DNA of 26,823 bases from Pseudomonadota bacterium (lineage in GTDB: Bacteria > Bdellovibrionota_B > Oligoflexia > Silvanigrellales > Silvanigrellaceae). The translations under genes were made by a program, and so were the position numbers. Location of the stretch: NCBI GenBank assembly GCA_039799905.1, contig JBDLRP010000051.1, positions 1 through 26,823 on the forward strand, read 5' to 3'. Shown piece after piece: positions 1-8,162 of this stretch (its first letter is position 1; every line of letters starts with the position of its first letter). The notes below the pieces were generated by a model that saw nothing but the letters and a program-made list of their open reading frames with translations, ran no database searches and had not been told where the DNA came from.

Positions 1-700
1 AGCCCGAAACAGAAAAAACTTTGCTTTGAGTCGTCATCGACTTTGAAAATGCAAAAAGCGCAACACTGAACCAAACCAACGCCGCTCCGGCCAGCGACAG
101 CGGATGTCCAAAAAAGCCGAATATCCGGTACTGACCGTTTGCCATGCGGTGTTCATCCAGCAGCTTTCCGGAAGTCAATAAATTAAATCCGCTGGTATGT
201 TGCACTACTCCATAAACAGTCAGCAGTGCGGTAGAGAAGAACAAACCAAGTGCGAACGAGCGAAATCTCTGTTCATCTTCGCTGTTCACATGAATCTGAC
301 TTTGCCCGAGACGCGCATCGCCGGCGGCCTCTGCTCGGCGCAACGTCAACACGAACCAACCCAACGCCAAACCAAGAAACGCCGCGCTCACAGGGCTCTT
401 CAACCATTTTGTCACGCTAAAATTACAGTCTTTGATCCGCGGAGGGTCAATCACACAGGCGCGCAAAGGGTCGGCGAAAGCAGCCACAATCGATTGAGTG
501 AGCACCGGAACAAAGTAACAAAGCGCGAGCATAAAAGCCGTGCTGATGACAACCCTGCGCACCCCCGCGGACATCGCTCGGGTCAAAAACAATGGAGCGA
601 TGACGAGACATAAATAAAGACCGGCGGACTGGAGAGCCACGCCGGCCATAAGAAAAAAAGGAATCAGGAAATATATGACAGAAGGCGACAATCGACGCAC
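1..700 (-). CDS. O-antigen ligase (WaaL/Wzy_C)-like polytopic membrane protein, N-terminal part; runs off the left edge
   Basis: Not in the ORF track because there is no stop in the window. Manual translation from GTG at 700 (AGGGAG RBS 8 nt upstream) is open to position 2 and gives several hydrophobic segments plus LLTVYGVVQHTSG and YRIFGFFGHPLSLAG, typical of O-antigen ligase family proteins. Confidence 0.7.
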   Translation of the reverse strand, partial: MRRLSPSVIYFLIPFFLMAGVALQSAGLYLCLVIAPLFLTRAMSAGVRRVVISTAFMLALCYFVPVLTQSIVAAFADPLRACVIDPPRIKDCNFSVTKWLKSPVSAAFLGLALGWFVLTLRRAEAAGDARLGQSQIHVNSEDEQRFRSFALGLFFSTALLTVYGVVQHTSGFNLLTSGKLLDEHRMANGQYRIFGFFGHPLSLAGAALVWFSVALFAFSKSMTTQSKVFSVSG

Positions 701-721
701 ACCAACCACTCCCTTGGTTGT

Positions 722-1183
722 TTAGCAGCGGGTCGCCAAAAACTGCGGCGTACCCAACTGGCGGATCAATTCCAAACTCTGATCGCACGCCTGCAAACGT
801 TCATCCTCAGAAAGTGCCAGACGTTCCAAAAGGACACGCGTTGACACGTCGACGCGTGCAATTTCATACAGCCGCTGACACAGTTGAACACTCTCAAGAG
901 CAAGCCCACGCTCACTGGCAAGAATGTCCTCAACCGTTTGTCCAATCCGAAGGCGCCCCACGTTCTGCAAATCGACGTGGGCATCCATCACGAGCAGGCG
1001 GCAAACCACGGCGTCTTGAAAATCGGACAAGGTCGCAGCTTGTGCCGTCAGCTGATCATACAGCTTCGAATATCCCCAGACGCGAGTTTTGGCCCGATGA
1101 ACGCGCAACTGCTGCAGGGCTGTTGTCAGCACCTGCAGCAGTTGGTTCATTCCTTCTACGAGTTCCGAAGAAACAAGCGTCAT
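722..1183 (-). CDS. Divergent bacterioferritin-like (ferritin-fold) protein, predicted ferroxidase-inactive
   Basis: 153 aa; aligns by eye almost gap-free to E. coli Bfr (H..K.RVWGYSKL, RLLVMDAHVDLQNVGRLRIGQTVEDILASE, LELIRQLGTPQFL). ATG lies 2 nt after the fusA stop. Confidence 0.8.
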   Translation of the reverse strand: MTLVSSELVEGMNQLLQVLTTALQQLRVHRAKTRVWGYSKLYDQLTAQAATLSDFQDAVVCRLLVMDAHVDLQNVGRLRIGQTVEDILASERGLALESVQLCQRLYEIARVDVSTRVLLERLALSEDERLQACDQSLELIRQLGTPQFLATRC

Positions 1184-1185
1184 TT

Positions 1186-3303
1186 TTACTTGTTCTCGGC
1201 AGCGCGCTTAGCTTTGTACTTCTCGACCATTTCTTCTTGAACGTTCTTCGGAACTGCAGCGTACTTGAGGAATTCCATTGTGAATTCGCCCTTGCCCTGC
1301 GTTCCCGAACGAAGGTCAGTTGAGAATCCGAACATTTCGCTCAGCGGAACTTCAGCATCAATTTCAGCATACCCAGCGTTGCTGGAAGAGCCTGTCAACA
1401 TACCGCGGCGCTGGCTGATAAGACCCATCATCGTTCCTTGGAACTCTTCCGGACCAGAAATACCAACCTTCATGATCGGCTCGAGGATTGTCGGTTTTGC
1501 GTTCGCGTAGGATTCGCGGAATGCTGCCATCGCACAAATCTTGAACGCCATTTCCGAAGAGTCGACTGGGTGGTGCAAACCGTCGTTGACGACGATCTTC
1601 ACGCCAGTGACCTGTGCGCCAACCAACTGTCCAGTGCGCATCTGCTCGACAAAACCCTTGTCGCAGGCTGGGATGTATTGGCGTGGAATCGAACCACCAA
1701 CGGTTTCATCGGCAAATTCATATGGTTTGATGTTGCCTGCTTCGTCCGGCAAGATAGGTTCCAAGTAACCAACGATTCGTGCGAACTGACCAGAACCACC
1801 AGACTGCTTCTTGTGTGTATAGTTGATTTCAGCCCGTGCGCCGATTGTTTCGCGGAAGTTCACCTGCGGCTTACCAACAATACATTCGCAGCCAAACTCA
1901 CGTTTCATACGCTCGACGTAAATTTCGAGGTGGAGCTCGCCCATACCCGAAATGATTGTTTCGCCGGATTCTTCGTCACGGTGAACGCGGAATGTCGGGT
2001 CTTCTTTTGTAAAGCGGTTGAGCGCCTTGGAGAAGTTCGTTTGTGCTGATTTGTCCTTCGGTGCAACGGCAAGAGAGATCACCGCGTTAGGAACGAAAAT
2101 CGAAGACATTGTGAAGCGCACGTTGCCATCGGTGAAGCTTTCACCGGATGCACATTCAACGCCGAACATCGCAATGATGTCGCCCGCGACCGCTTCTTCG
2201 ACGTCAATCATTTCGTTTGCGTTCATGCGGACGAGGCGTGGCACCTTGACCTTTTTGTCGTTGTTCACGTTCAGGATCGTGTCACCCTTGCGGATCGTTC
2301 CTGAATAAACGCGCATGTAAGTCAACTGGCCGAAACGGCCGTCTTCAAGCTTGAAGGCCAGCATCGCGAGCGGACCCTTGGGGTCGTTCTTGATGATGAA
2401 TTTCTCTTCGTTCTTGTCTTGGTCGAACGCGGTGTTCTCGACCTCTGTGGGGTTCGGCAGGTAATGGCCGACCGCGTCGAGCAGGTTTTGCACGCCCTTG
2501 TTCTTGAATGCTGAACCGCACATCACGGGAGTGAAGTTGAGCGACAAGGTCGCCTTGCGAAGAACAGTGCGGATTTCTTGCTCGCTGATAGCCTCTTCTG
2601 CGAGGTATTTTTCAGCAAGATTGTCGTCGAAGTCAGCCAACGCACCAAGCAGATCGTTGCGCTTGGTGTGAGCGAGGTCGACCATTTCTGCCGGAATGTC
2701 TTCAACGCGAATCTTCTCGCCGTTCGATCCGTCATAGAAGTTGGCCTTCATGGTGATGAGGTCAACGATCCCCTTGAACTGATCTTCCGCGCCGATTGGA
2801 ATGTTGATCATCCATGCGTTGTGATTGAGTTTCTCGCGCAGCTGTTCGCAGACGCGGTATGGGTTGGCACCTGCGCGGTCCATCTTGTTGATGAACGCGA
2901 TGCGTGGAACGTTGTAGCGGCGCATCTGGCGGTCGACCGTGATGGACTGCGACTGAACGCCGGCCACCGAGCAGAGAACCAGAACCGCGCCGTCGAGAAC
3001 GCGCAGCGCGCGCTCAACTTCGACCGTGAAGTCAACGTGTCCGGGAGTGTCGATAAGGTTAATTTCGTATTGGTTCCACTGACAGAAGGTGGCCGCAGAC
3101 TGAATCGTAATGCCCTTCTCGCGCTCGAGCTCCATGAAGTCCATGGTTGCGCCGACGCCCGACTTGCCCTTCACTTCCTCAATTTTGTGAATTTTTCCTG
3201 TGTAGAACAGGATGCGCTCGGAAAGTGTGGTCTTACCGGAGTCGATGTGAGCCGAGATACCAATATTGCGGACAATGCTTAGGTCTTTGTCAGTCGCAGC
3301 CAT
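1186..3303 (-). CDS. fusA: Elongation factor G (mitochondrial-EFG1-like, spirochaete/deltaproteobacterial type)
   Basis: [64 protein letters not shown]. Start 3303 (MAATDKD) preferred; 3321 is an alternative. Confidence 0.97.
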   Translation of the reverse strand: MAATDKDLSIVRNIGISAHIDSGKTTLSERILFYTGKIHKIEEVKGKSGVGATMDFMELEREKGITIQSAATFCQWNQYEINLIDTPGHVDFTVEVERALRVLDGAVLVLCSVAGVQSQSITVDRQMRRYNVPRIAFINKMDRAGANPYRVCEQLREKLNHNAWMINIPIGAEDQFKGIVDLITMKANFYDGSNGEKIRVEDIPAEMVDLAHTKRNDLLGALADFDDNLAEKYLAEEAISEQEIRTVLRKATLSLNFTPVMCGSAFKNKGVQNLLDAVGHYLPNPTEVENTAFDQDKNEEKFIIKNDPKGPLAMLAFKLEDGRFGQLTYMRVYSGTIRKGDTILNVNNDKKVKVPRLVRMNANEMIDVEEAVAGDIIAMFGVECASGESFTDGNVRFTMSSIFVPNAVISLAVAPKDKSAQTNFSKALNRFTKEDPTFRVHRDEESGETIISGMGELHLEIYVERMKREFGCECIVGKPQVNFRETIGARAEINYTHKKQSGGSGQFARIVGYLEPILPDEAGNIKPYEFADETVGGSIPRQYIPACDKGFVEQMRTGQLVGAQVTGVKIVVNDGLHHPVDSSEMAFKICAMAAFRESYANAKPTILEPIMKVGISGPEEFQGTMMGLISQRRGMLTGSSSNAGYAEIDAEVPLSEMFGFSTDLRSGTQGKGEFTMEFLKYAAVPKNVQEEMVEKYKAKRAAENK

Positions 3304-3377
3304 AAAATTTCCGTCTTCCATACAAGATGGTGGGAGAAATCAAAGGGCTACCCGACGGGAAGCCCAAACTCCCGCCC

Positions 3378-3406
3378 TCGATAACTGATCTCAATGGACT
3401 TTTCAA
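3378..3406 (-). promoter_or_regulatory. Possible sigma70 promoter for fusA
   Basis: Minus strand TTGAAA-N17-TATCGA in the ddl-fusA spacer; the -10 element is imperfect. Confidence 0.3.
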
Positions 3407-3441
3407 TGATTTGCGGGGAGCTTTTACTTCCCCACGGGAAC

Positions 3442-4617
3442 TCAGGATTTTGCAGTGATTCCGAACTGCCGCTGAAGCATCTGGTCACGGCGGCGTTTGG
3501 CACCTTCGAGAAGTTCTTCAATCCACTGGGGGCCATTCACTCCCTCATGCTCCCAAAGCTTGGGGAACATACTAATGGAGGTAAGCCCAGGGAGCGTGTT
3601 GACCTCGTTGAACACAAAACGTCCGGTTTTATGGCAATTCCAAAAATCGAGGCGGGAAAGCCCAGTCAACGAGAAGGCTCGGGCCAGCTTCGCCGCATGC
3701 CCGCGCAATTCCTCCATACGTGCTGCGTCAAGCCGCGCCGGAATGAACTGGTCTGCGCCATCTGCTGCCTGATACTTCGCCTCATATGAATAGAAGTCCT
3801 TGGGAGCGATCTCGCCGGCAACGGTGATGCGCGGATGCACACCGGTGCCGAGAAAAGCGCACTCCACCTCGGTTCCAGTCATGGGCTCCTCAACTAACGC
3901 CTTGTCATCAAACGCAAGTGCTTCGTGGATGTAGCGCGACAACTCGCCTTCGTCTTTGGCACGATTCACACCGACGGCTGAACCGAGTGAGTTTGGCTTT
4001 ACAAAGCAGGGAAAGCCGATGTTGGTTCGCACACGCTCAATGACCCGCGAAGCGTGTGCCTGCCAGTCTTCCAATTCGATGAGCTCGTACCGCGCCACCG
4101 GGACACCCTGCTGCTTGGCGATGAGTTTTTGCAAATGTTTGTCGATGCCAATGACGCTCGCACGTGTGTCGCAGCCCACGTAGGCAACCTCTGCCATCTC
4201 GAATACGCCCTGCAGACGACCGTCTTCCCCGTTGGGGCCATGCAGAACGGGAAAAAAGACGCCGCACTCGAGGTTCAGAAGCCGAACCTGGTATTCAGGC
4301 AGAGTCGCCAATGTTTCACTGCGGAATGGCAGAATGAGGCTTTCAACCAAATTCGCCTTGGGCAAAGAACGTATTTTTCGTCCCGCAATGAGGTCGGCAA
4401 GATCGGCGGGCTCAAGTGTTTTGAAGTCTTCACTCGAAAATGTGCCTTCCAAACTGACACACGAACCGTCTCTGCGGATTCCGACCGGCACAATACGATA
4501 TTTGGTCGGCATCTGTTTCAAAACGTAGACCGCAGAACGAAGCGATATCTCATGCTCGGAAGAGCGTCCGCCAAAAAGCACACCCACAGTATTCTCTAAA
4601 TCACGATGCCCCAACAT
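3442..4617 (-). CDS. ddl: D-alanine--D-alanine ligase
   Basis: VLFGGRSSEHEISL, PVLHGPNGEDGRLQG, FVKPNSLGS, FYSYEAKY, EVNTLPGLT; GGAGG RBS before ATG 4617. Confidence 0.95.
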   Translation of the reverse strand: MLGHRDLENTVGVLFGGRSSEHEISLRSAVYVLKQMPTKYRIVPVGIRRDGSCVSLEGTFSSEDFKTLEPADLADLIAGRKIRSLPKANLVESLILPFRSETLATLPEYQVRLLNLECGVFFPVLHGPNGEDGRLQGVFEMAEVAYVGCDTRASVIGIDKHLQKLIAKQQGVPVARYELIELEDWQAHASRVIERVRTNIGFPCFVKPNSLGSAVGVNRAKDEGELSRYIHEALAFDDKALVEEPMTGTEVECAFLGTGVHPRITVAGEIAPKDFYSYEAKYQAADGADQFIPARLDAARMEELRGHAAKLARAFSLTGLSRLDFWNCHKTGRFVFNEVNTLPGLTSISMFPKLWEHEGVNGPQWIEELLEGAKRRRDQMLQRQFGITAKS

Positions 4618-4713
4618 TGCCCGCCTCCGCTCCGAAGGTTTGAGTCTTTCATCCGAACGTTTATGATCAAAACTCTACAGCAAAAGTTGGTTCAGCACAG
4701 CGAGGTCGCCCAT

Positions 4714-6201
4714 ATGCGTCAACTCTTCGAAAAATCGCCACACGAACGCCTCAAAAATCTTCACTGGGAAAAGGCCGAAGGCCCTGTCGGTGCGTTTTGT
4801 TACTTTTTGGGTTTCTCTGAATCATCGTCCCAATTCTTCAAAGCAGTTGGTTCGGTTATGGAACTCAAGGGTCACCTCAAACTCGAGAGCGTCTCAGGAA
4901 CTTTTTGCTCAGCGCATTTTATTGATGGCGAGCAACCGGAACGCATTCTTGCCAATCTGCGTCAGGCGGTCGGGACGATGCTGAATGACGCCGACGTTTC
5001 CGGCATTCGCGAGCTCACTGTTTTTTGGAACCTGACTGTCGAATCCGACTCATCGGTTCCACTTGATGTCTTGCTTAGTACCTTCGGCGAAACGCTCGAA
5101 CTTGGGAGCTACTCTGCGAAAAAATTGGGTGAAGAGAAAAACTTCAACGTCAACCTCAAACTTCCACATGCCGTGCTGAAAGAAATGCCTTCGAAAGTGA
5201 TTGAAAATGCGCTCGACGAAGGAATTCGCCGCGGTCAGTCGCTCAATTATGCGCGTTACCTTGGCGACCTTCCCGGCAACGCCCTGACACCACAGATTCT
5301 GGCAAGTCATGCAGAGAGCCGGCTGGCTGAGGTCGGACACGTGATGATTACCAGTGACAAAGAGCTTGCGTCGCAGGGTTTCGGGGGGATAATCGCTGTT
5401 GCTCAGGGAAGTAAGAACCGGCCAAGGCTGGTCGTATTCGACACCGAAACAGCCAAACCACAAAAGACCGTAGTGATCATTGGCAAGGGGATCACATTCG
5501 ATACCGGTGGTTACTCAATCAAGGGCAAACAACACCACAACGAAATGAAATACGATATGTGCGGCGCAGCGAACACGATTGCTGCAATCGAAATTCTCGC
5601 GCCTCTGCTTCCAAAAGTGCGCCTCGTGGGGCTGTTGCCGCTGGCTGAAAATATGGTCAGCGAAGATGCCCAGCGGCCAGGCGACGTCTACCGTGCATAC
5701 AATGGAAGAAGTGTTGAAGTTTACAACACTGACGCCGAGGGCCGGCTTATTCTTGCTGACGTTCTCAGTTACGCCGCAAACTTCAAACCCGATCTCATCA
5801 TCGACATTGCCACTCTGACTGGTGGCGCGACATCGATTGCAGGAAATCTTGCTGGAATCCTGTGCACCAACGATGAAAAGCTGATTCCGCTTGTGCGCAG
5901 TGCGGGCAGGGAGGCCGGCGAGAAGTTTGTGCATCTTGAGGTCATCGAAGAGACAGCCGAGGACCTCAAGAGCGACGTTGCCGACTACACCAACATGCAC
6001 AACAAATGGAGTTCGTCGGCACCCACGATGTATGCCGCAGCTTTTCTCAAAGAATTTGTTCCGGAAAAAACAGCGTGGATCCATTTGGACATTGCCAATA
6101 TGGCCTGGAACGGCAGAAACACAACTTACCTCCGTTCGCGTGGCGCAACGGCATTTGGAGCACGCACGATTGTAAATATTGTGAAGGCTTTTTGCGGCTA
6201 A
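4714..6201 (+). CDS. pepA: M17 family leucyl aminopeptidase
   Basis: GKGITFDTGG, MKYDMCGAA, NTDAEGRL, DIATLTG, WIHLDIA; metal ligands intact. ATG 4714 has a GAGG RBS; the ORF-track start at 4606 overlaps ddl. Confidence 0.92.
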   Translation: MRQLFEKSPHERLKNLHWEKAEGPVGAFCYFLGFSESSSQFFKAVGSVMELKGHLKLESVSGTFCSAHFIDGEQPERILANLRQAVGTMLNDADVSGIRELTVFWNLTVESDSSVPLDVLLSTFGETLELGSYSAKKLGEEKNFNVNLKLPHAVLKEMPSKVIENALDEGIRRGQSLNYARYLGDLPGNALTPQILASHAESRLAEVGHVMITSDKELASQGFGGIIAVAQGSKNRPRLVVFDTETAKPQKTVVIIGKGITFDTGGYSIKGKQHHNEMKYDMCGAANTIAAIEILAPLLPKVRLVGLLPLAENMVSEDAQRPGDVYRAYNGRSVEVYNTDAEGRLILADVLSYAANFKPDLIIDIATLTGGATSIAGNLAGILCTNDEKLIPLVRSAGREAGEKFVHLEVIEETAEDLKSDVADYTNMHNKWSSSAPTMYAAAFLKEFVPEKTAWIHLDIANMAWNGRNTTYLRSRGATAFGARTIVNIVKAFCG

Positions 6202-6244
6202 AAGCTCTAAAGACTACTAATACAATTGACAAAAAATACATTAG

Positions 6245-6271
6245 TTAAGTTTATTCCAAACTCGCCGACAT
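6245..6271 (+). promoter_or_regulatory. sigma28/FliA-like promoter
   Basis: TTAAGTTT-N11-GCCGACAT versus consensus TAAAGTTT-N11-GCCGATAA, 21 nt before ATG 6293. Confidence 0.55.
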
Positions 6272-6292
6272 TGCCTTTGGGAGGGTTTGTTT

Positions 6293-6559
6293 ATGTTTCG
6301 GATCATATTTGTCGCCAGCCTCATCGCTCAAATCGTCGCACCTGTGCAGCTCGAGGCTCGCTGCCAAAGCACTTCTGCAGAGGAACAGATCGACTTTTTT
6401 CCGCTGGCAGAAATGGACTCCGAAATAAACAACTCCCTCAAGACGACTTCCGAATCGGGAGAAAGAAAGGCAGTGCTGGTTATTCGGGATGAACGATTGC
6501 CTTCGCTGTCCCAAGAGGTGACTGAAGAAGCATTCTCACTGCCCTCCCAACGAAAGTGA
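6293..6559 (+). CDS. Small acidic secreted hypothetical protein (88 aa)
   Basis: GGAGGG RBS; N-terminus MFRIIFVASLIAQIVAPVQLEA resembles a signal peptide; fills the pepA-recA gap. Confidence 0.6.
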   Translation: MFRIIFVASLIAQIVAPVQLEARCQSTSAEEQIDFFPLAEMDSEINNSLKTTSESGERKAVLVIRDERLPSLSQEVTEEAFSLPSQRK

Positions 6560-6732
6560 TTGGATCCCCCCAGCCTCGGTAAAAAAGAGGCCATTCGCGC
6601 GCCGACGTTTTTCCACCTGAGGCGCCACCGTTCGCTTCCCTAATGTCAGCCTCTGACGATAATCTTTTGCAAGCCGATTAACTTTTCTCGTCAGCCTCTT
6701 GCCGAAATTCAACAAGGCAGGTACAAACTTTT

Positions 6733-6751
6733 CATACACGACAAATGTATG
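6733..6751. promoter_or_regulatory. Palindromic operator candidate upstream of recA
   Basis: CATACA-cgacaaa-TGTATG, a perfect 6-7-6 inverted repeat ending 75 nt before the recA ATG. Confidence 0.45.
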
Positions 6752-6826
6752 GTTCCCAGTCCCTCAGTGCTGCGGTATCAGGCAGTTCAGGCTGTTTGAC
6801 CGCCTTTCAACATAAGGAAACACGCA

Positions 6827-7987
6827 ATGAGTGAACTCAGCTCCCAAGCGAATAAGCACAAAGCCATCGAAGCCGCCTTTTCCGCAATTGAGAAACAATT
6901 CGGCAAGGGAAGCATCATGAGAATGTCGGGTGATGCCGGCGAAATCGGTGAAATCATCACAACCCCGACAGGTTCACTCAGCCTCGACGTGGCGCTCGGT
7001 TCCGGCGGACTCCCGCGCGGACGAATCGTCGAAATCTACGGTACTGAATCTAGCGGTAAAACAACTCTCACACTGCACTGTATTGCTGAATGCCAGAAGG
7101 CCGGCGGCGTCGCGGCATTCATCGACGCAGAACATGCTCTGGATGTGAGCTATGCTCGCCGCATCGGCGTCAACACAGCCGACATGCTCGTCTCACAACC
7201 TGACTACGGTGAGCAGGCGCTTGAAATCGTCGACATGCTCGTACGCAGCGGAGCTGTTGACCTCATTGTTGTCGACTCCGTAGCCGCACTGGTTCCAAAA
7301 GCCGAAATCGAAGGTGAAATGGGCGACAGCCACATGGGTCTGCACGCACGCCTAATGAGCCAAGCCCTGCGCAAGCTCACAGGCTCCATCTCCAAGAGCA
7401 ACACAACCGTCATCTTCATCAACCAAATCCGTATGAAGATTGGCGTGATGTTCGGCAACCCCGAAACAACCACTGGCGGTCAGGCTCTTAAATTCTACTC
7501 CTCGCTGCGCATGGAAGTGCGCCGTGCTTCCGCCATCAAGAACGGCGACGAGGTTGTCGGCAACCGCACGCGCGTCAAGATCGTCAAGAACAAAGTGGCC
7601 GCTCCCTTCCGCGAAGCTGAATTCGACGTGATGTTCGGAACCGGTATCAGCCGCGAAGGCGACGTCCTCGACCTGTCAGCTGAACACGAGATTGTTCAAA
7701 AGTCGGGAACGTGGTTCACCTATGGTCAAGAGCGCCTTGGTCAGGGACGCGAAAACGCGAAAAACTATTTGCGTGAGCACCCCGAGACAATGGCAAAGAT
7801 TGAATCCGAAGTGCGCAAGAAGCTGCTCAACAAACCGGGCTCAACAGAAAACAAGGCCAACGAAAAAAAGGGTGCTGAGGCGCTTCCCCCTGCAACCAAA
7901 GCCATTCCCGCAGCATCCTCTGCATCCAAATCCGCTGCCGCTCCGGCAACTGGCAAAAGAACTGGTGCCTCCGCAACTGCCGACTAA
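6827..7987 (+). CDS. recA: Recombinase RecA
   Basis: [98 protein letters not shown]. Confidence 0.99.
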   Translation: MSELSSQANKHKAIEAAFSAIEKQFGKGSIMRMSGDAGEIGEIITTPTGSLSLDVALGSGGLPRGRIVEIYGTESSGKTTLTLHCIAECQKAGGVAAFIDAEHALDVSYARRIGVNTADMLVSQPDYGEQALEIVDMLVRSGAVDLIVVDSVAALVPKAEIEGEMGDSHMGLHARLMSQALRKLTGSISKSNTTVIFINQIRMKIGVMFGNPETTTGGQALKFYSSLRMEVRRASAIKNGDEVVGNRTRVKIVKNKVAAPFREAEFDVMFGTGISREGDVLDLSAEHEIVQKSGTWFTYGQERLGQGRENAKNYLREHPETMAKIESEVRKKLLNKPGSTENKANEKKGAEALPPATKAIPAASSASKSAAAPATGKRTGASATAD

Positions 7988-7993
7988 TCCTCC

Positions 7994-8056
7994 AGCGAAT
8001 CGGCACAGCCAGCTTCTCACCATCATGAGAACCTGACGCTGCCGTCAAGATTCGCT
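7994..8056 (+). ncRNA. Putative structured RNA element (four-way junction) in the recA 3' UTR
   Basis: Closing stem AGCGAATC/GATTCGCT encloses three hairpins: GGC-ACA-GCC, TTCTCA-CCATCA-TGAGAA and TGACG-CTGC-CGTCA. All pairs are Watson-Crick, so the strand cannot be fixed from sequence alone. Confidence 0.45.
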
Positions 8057-8072
8057 CCCTTCTGACTTTATG

Positions 8073-8105
8073 CAGAGGCTCCAACCACGGGGCCTCTGTT
8101 TTTTT
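8073..8105 (+). terminator. Intrinsic terminator after recA
   Basis: CAGAGGCTCC-AACCAC-GGGGCCTCTG (one G-U pair) followed by 7 T. Confidence 0.85.
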
Positions 8106-8162
8106 GTCGATATGGCATATGCTGATGGGAAATTTTGCGAAGTCCATCGGAGCTCAGGGCAC

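Noticed and set aside
197..1323. Track ORFs 197-613 (+), 447-788 (-) and 718-1323 (+)
   Set aside because: Explained as shadows of the O-antigen ligase-like, bacterioferritin-like and fusA genes on the minus strand.
3442..4617. ddl as a Van-type (D-Ala-D-Lac) ligase working with the nearby D-2-hydroxyacid dehydrogenase
   Set aside because: The omega loop FYSYEAKY has the Tyr of D-Ala-D-Ala ligases; the dehydrogenase is 8 kb away and GhrB-like; no vanX, vanR or vanS.
6536..6739. 67-aa basic minus-strand ORF divergent from recA
   Set aside because: GTG start without a well-placed RBS, overlaps the end of the 6293-6559 gene and covers the recA promoter region; cannot be supported, though not excluded.
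7994..8060. Cloverleaf as a true tRNA gene
   Set aside because: Too short; loops of 3, 6 and 4 nt; no GTTC T-loop, no D-loop GG and no CCA end. Kept only as a structured-RNA candidate.
8070..8162. Longest-ORF N-terminal extensions (also 4606, 13785, 18751, 22910)
   Set aside because: They cross terminators, promoters or neighbouring genes; downstream starts have an RBS and match family N-termini.
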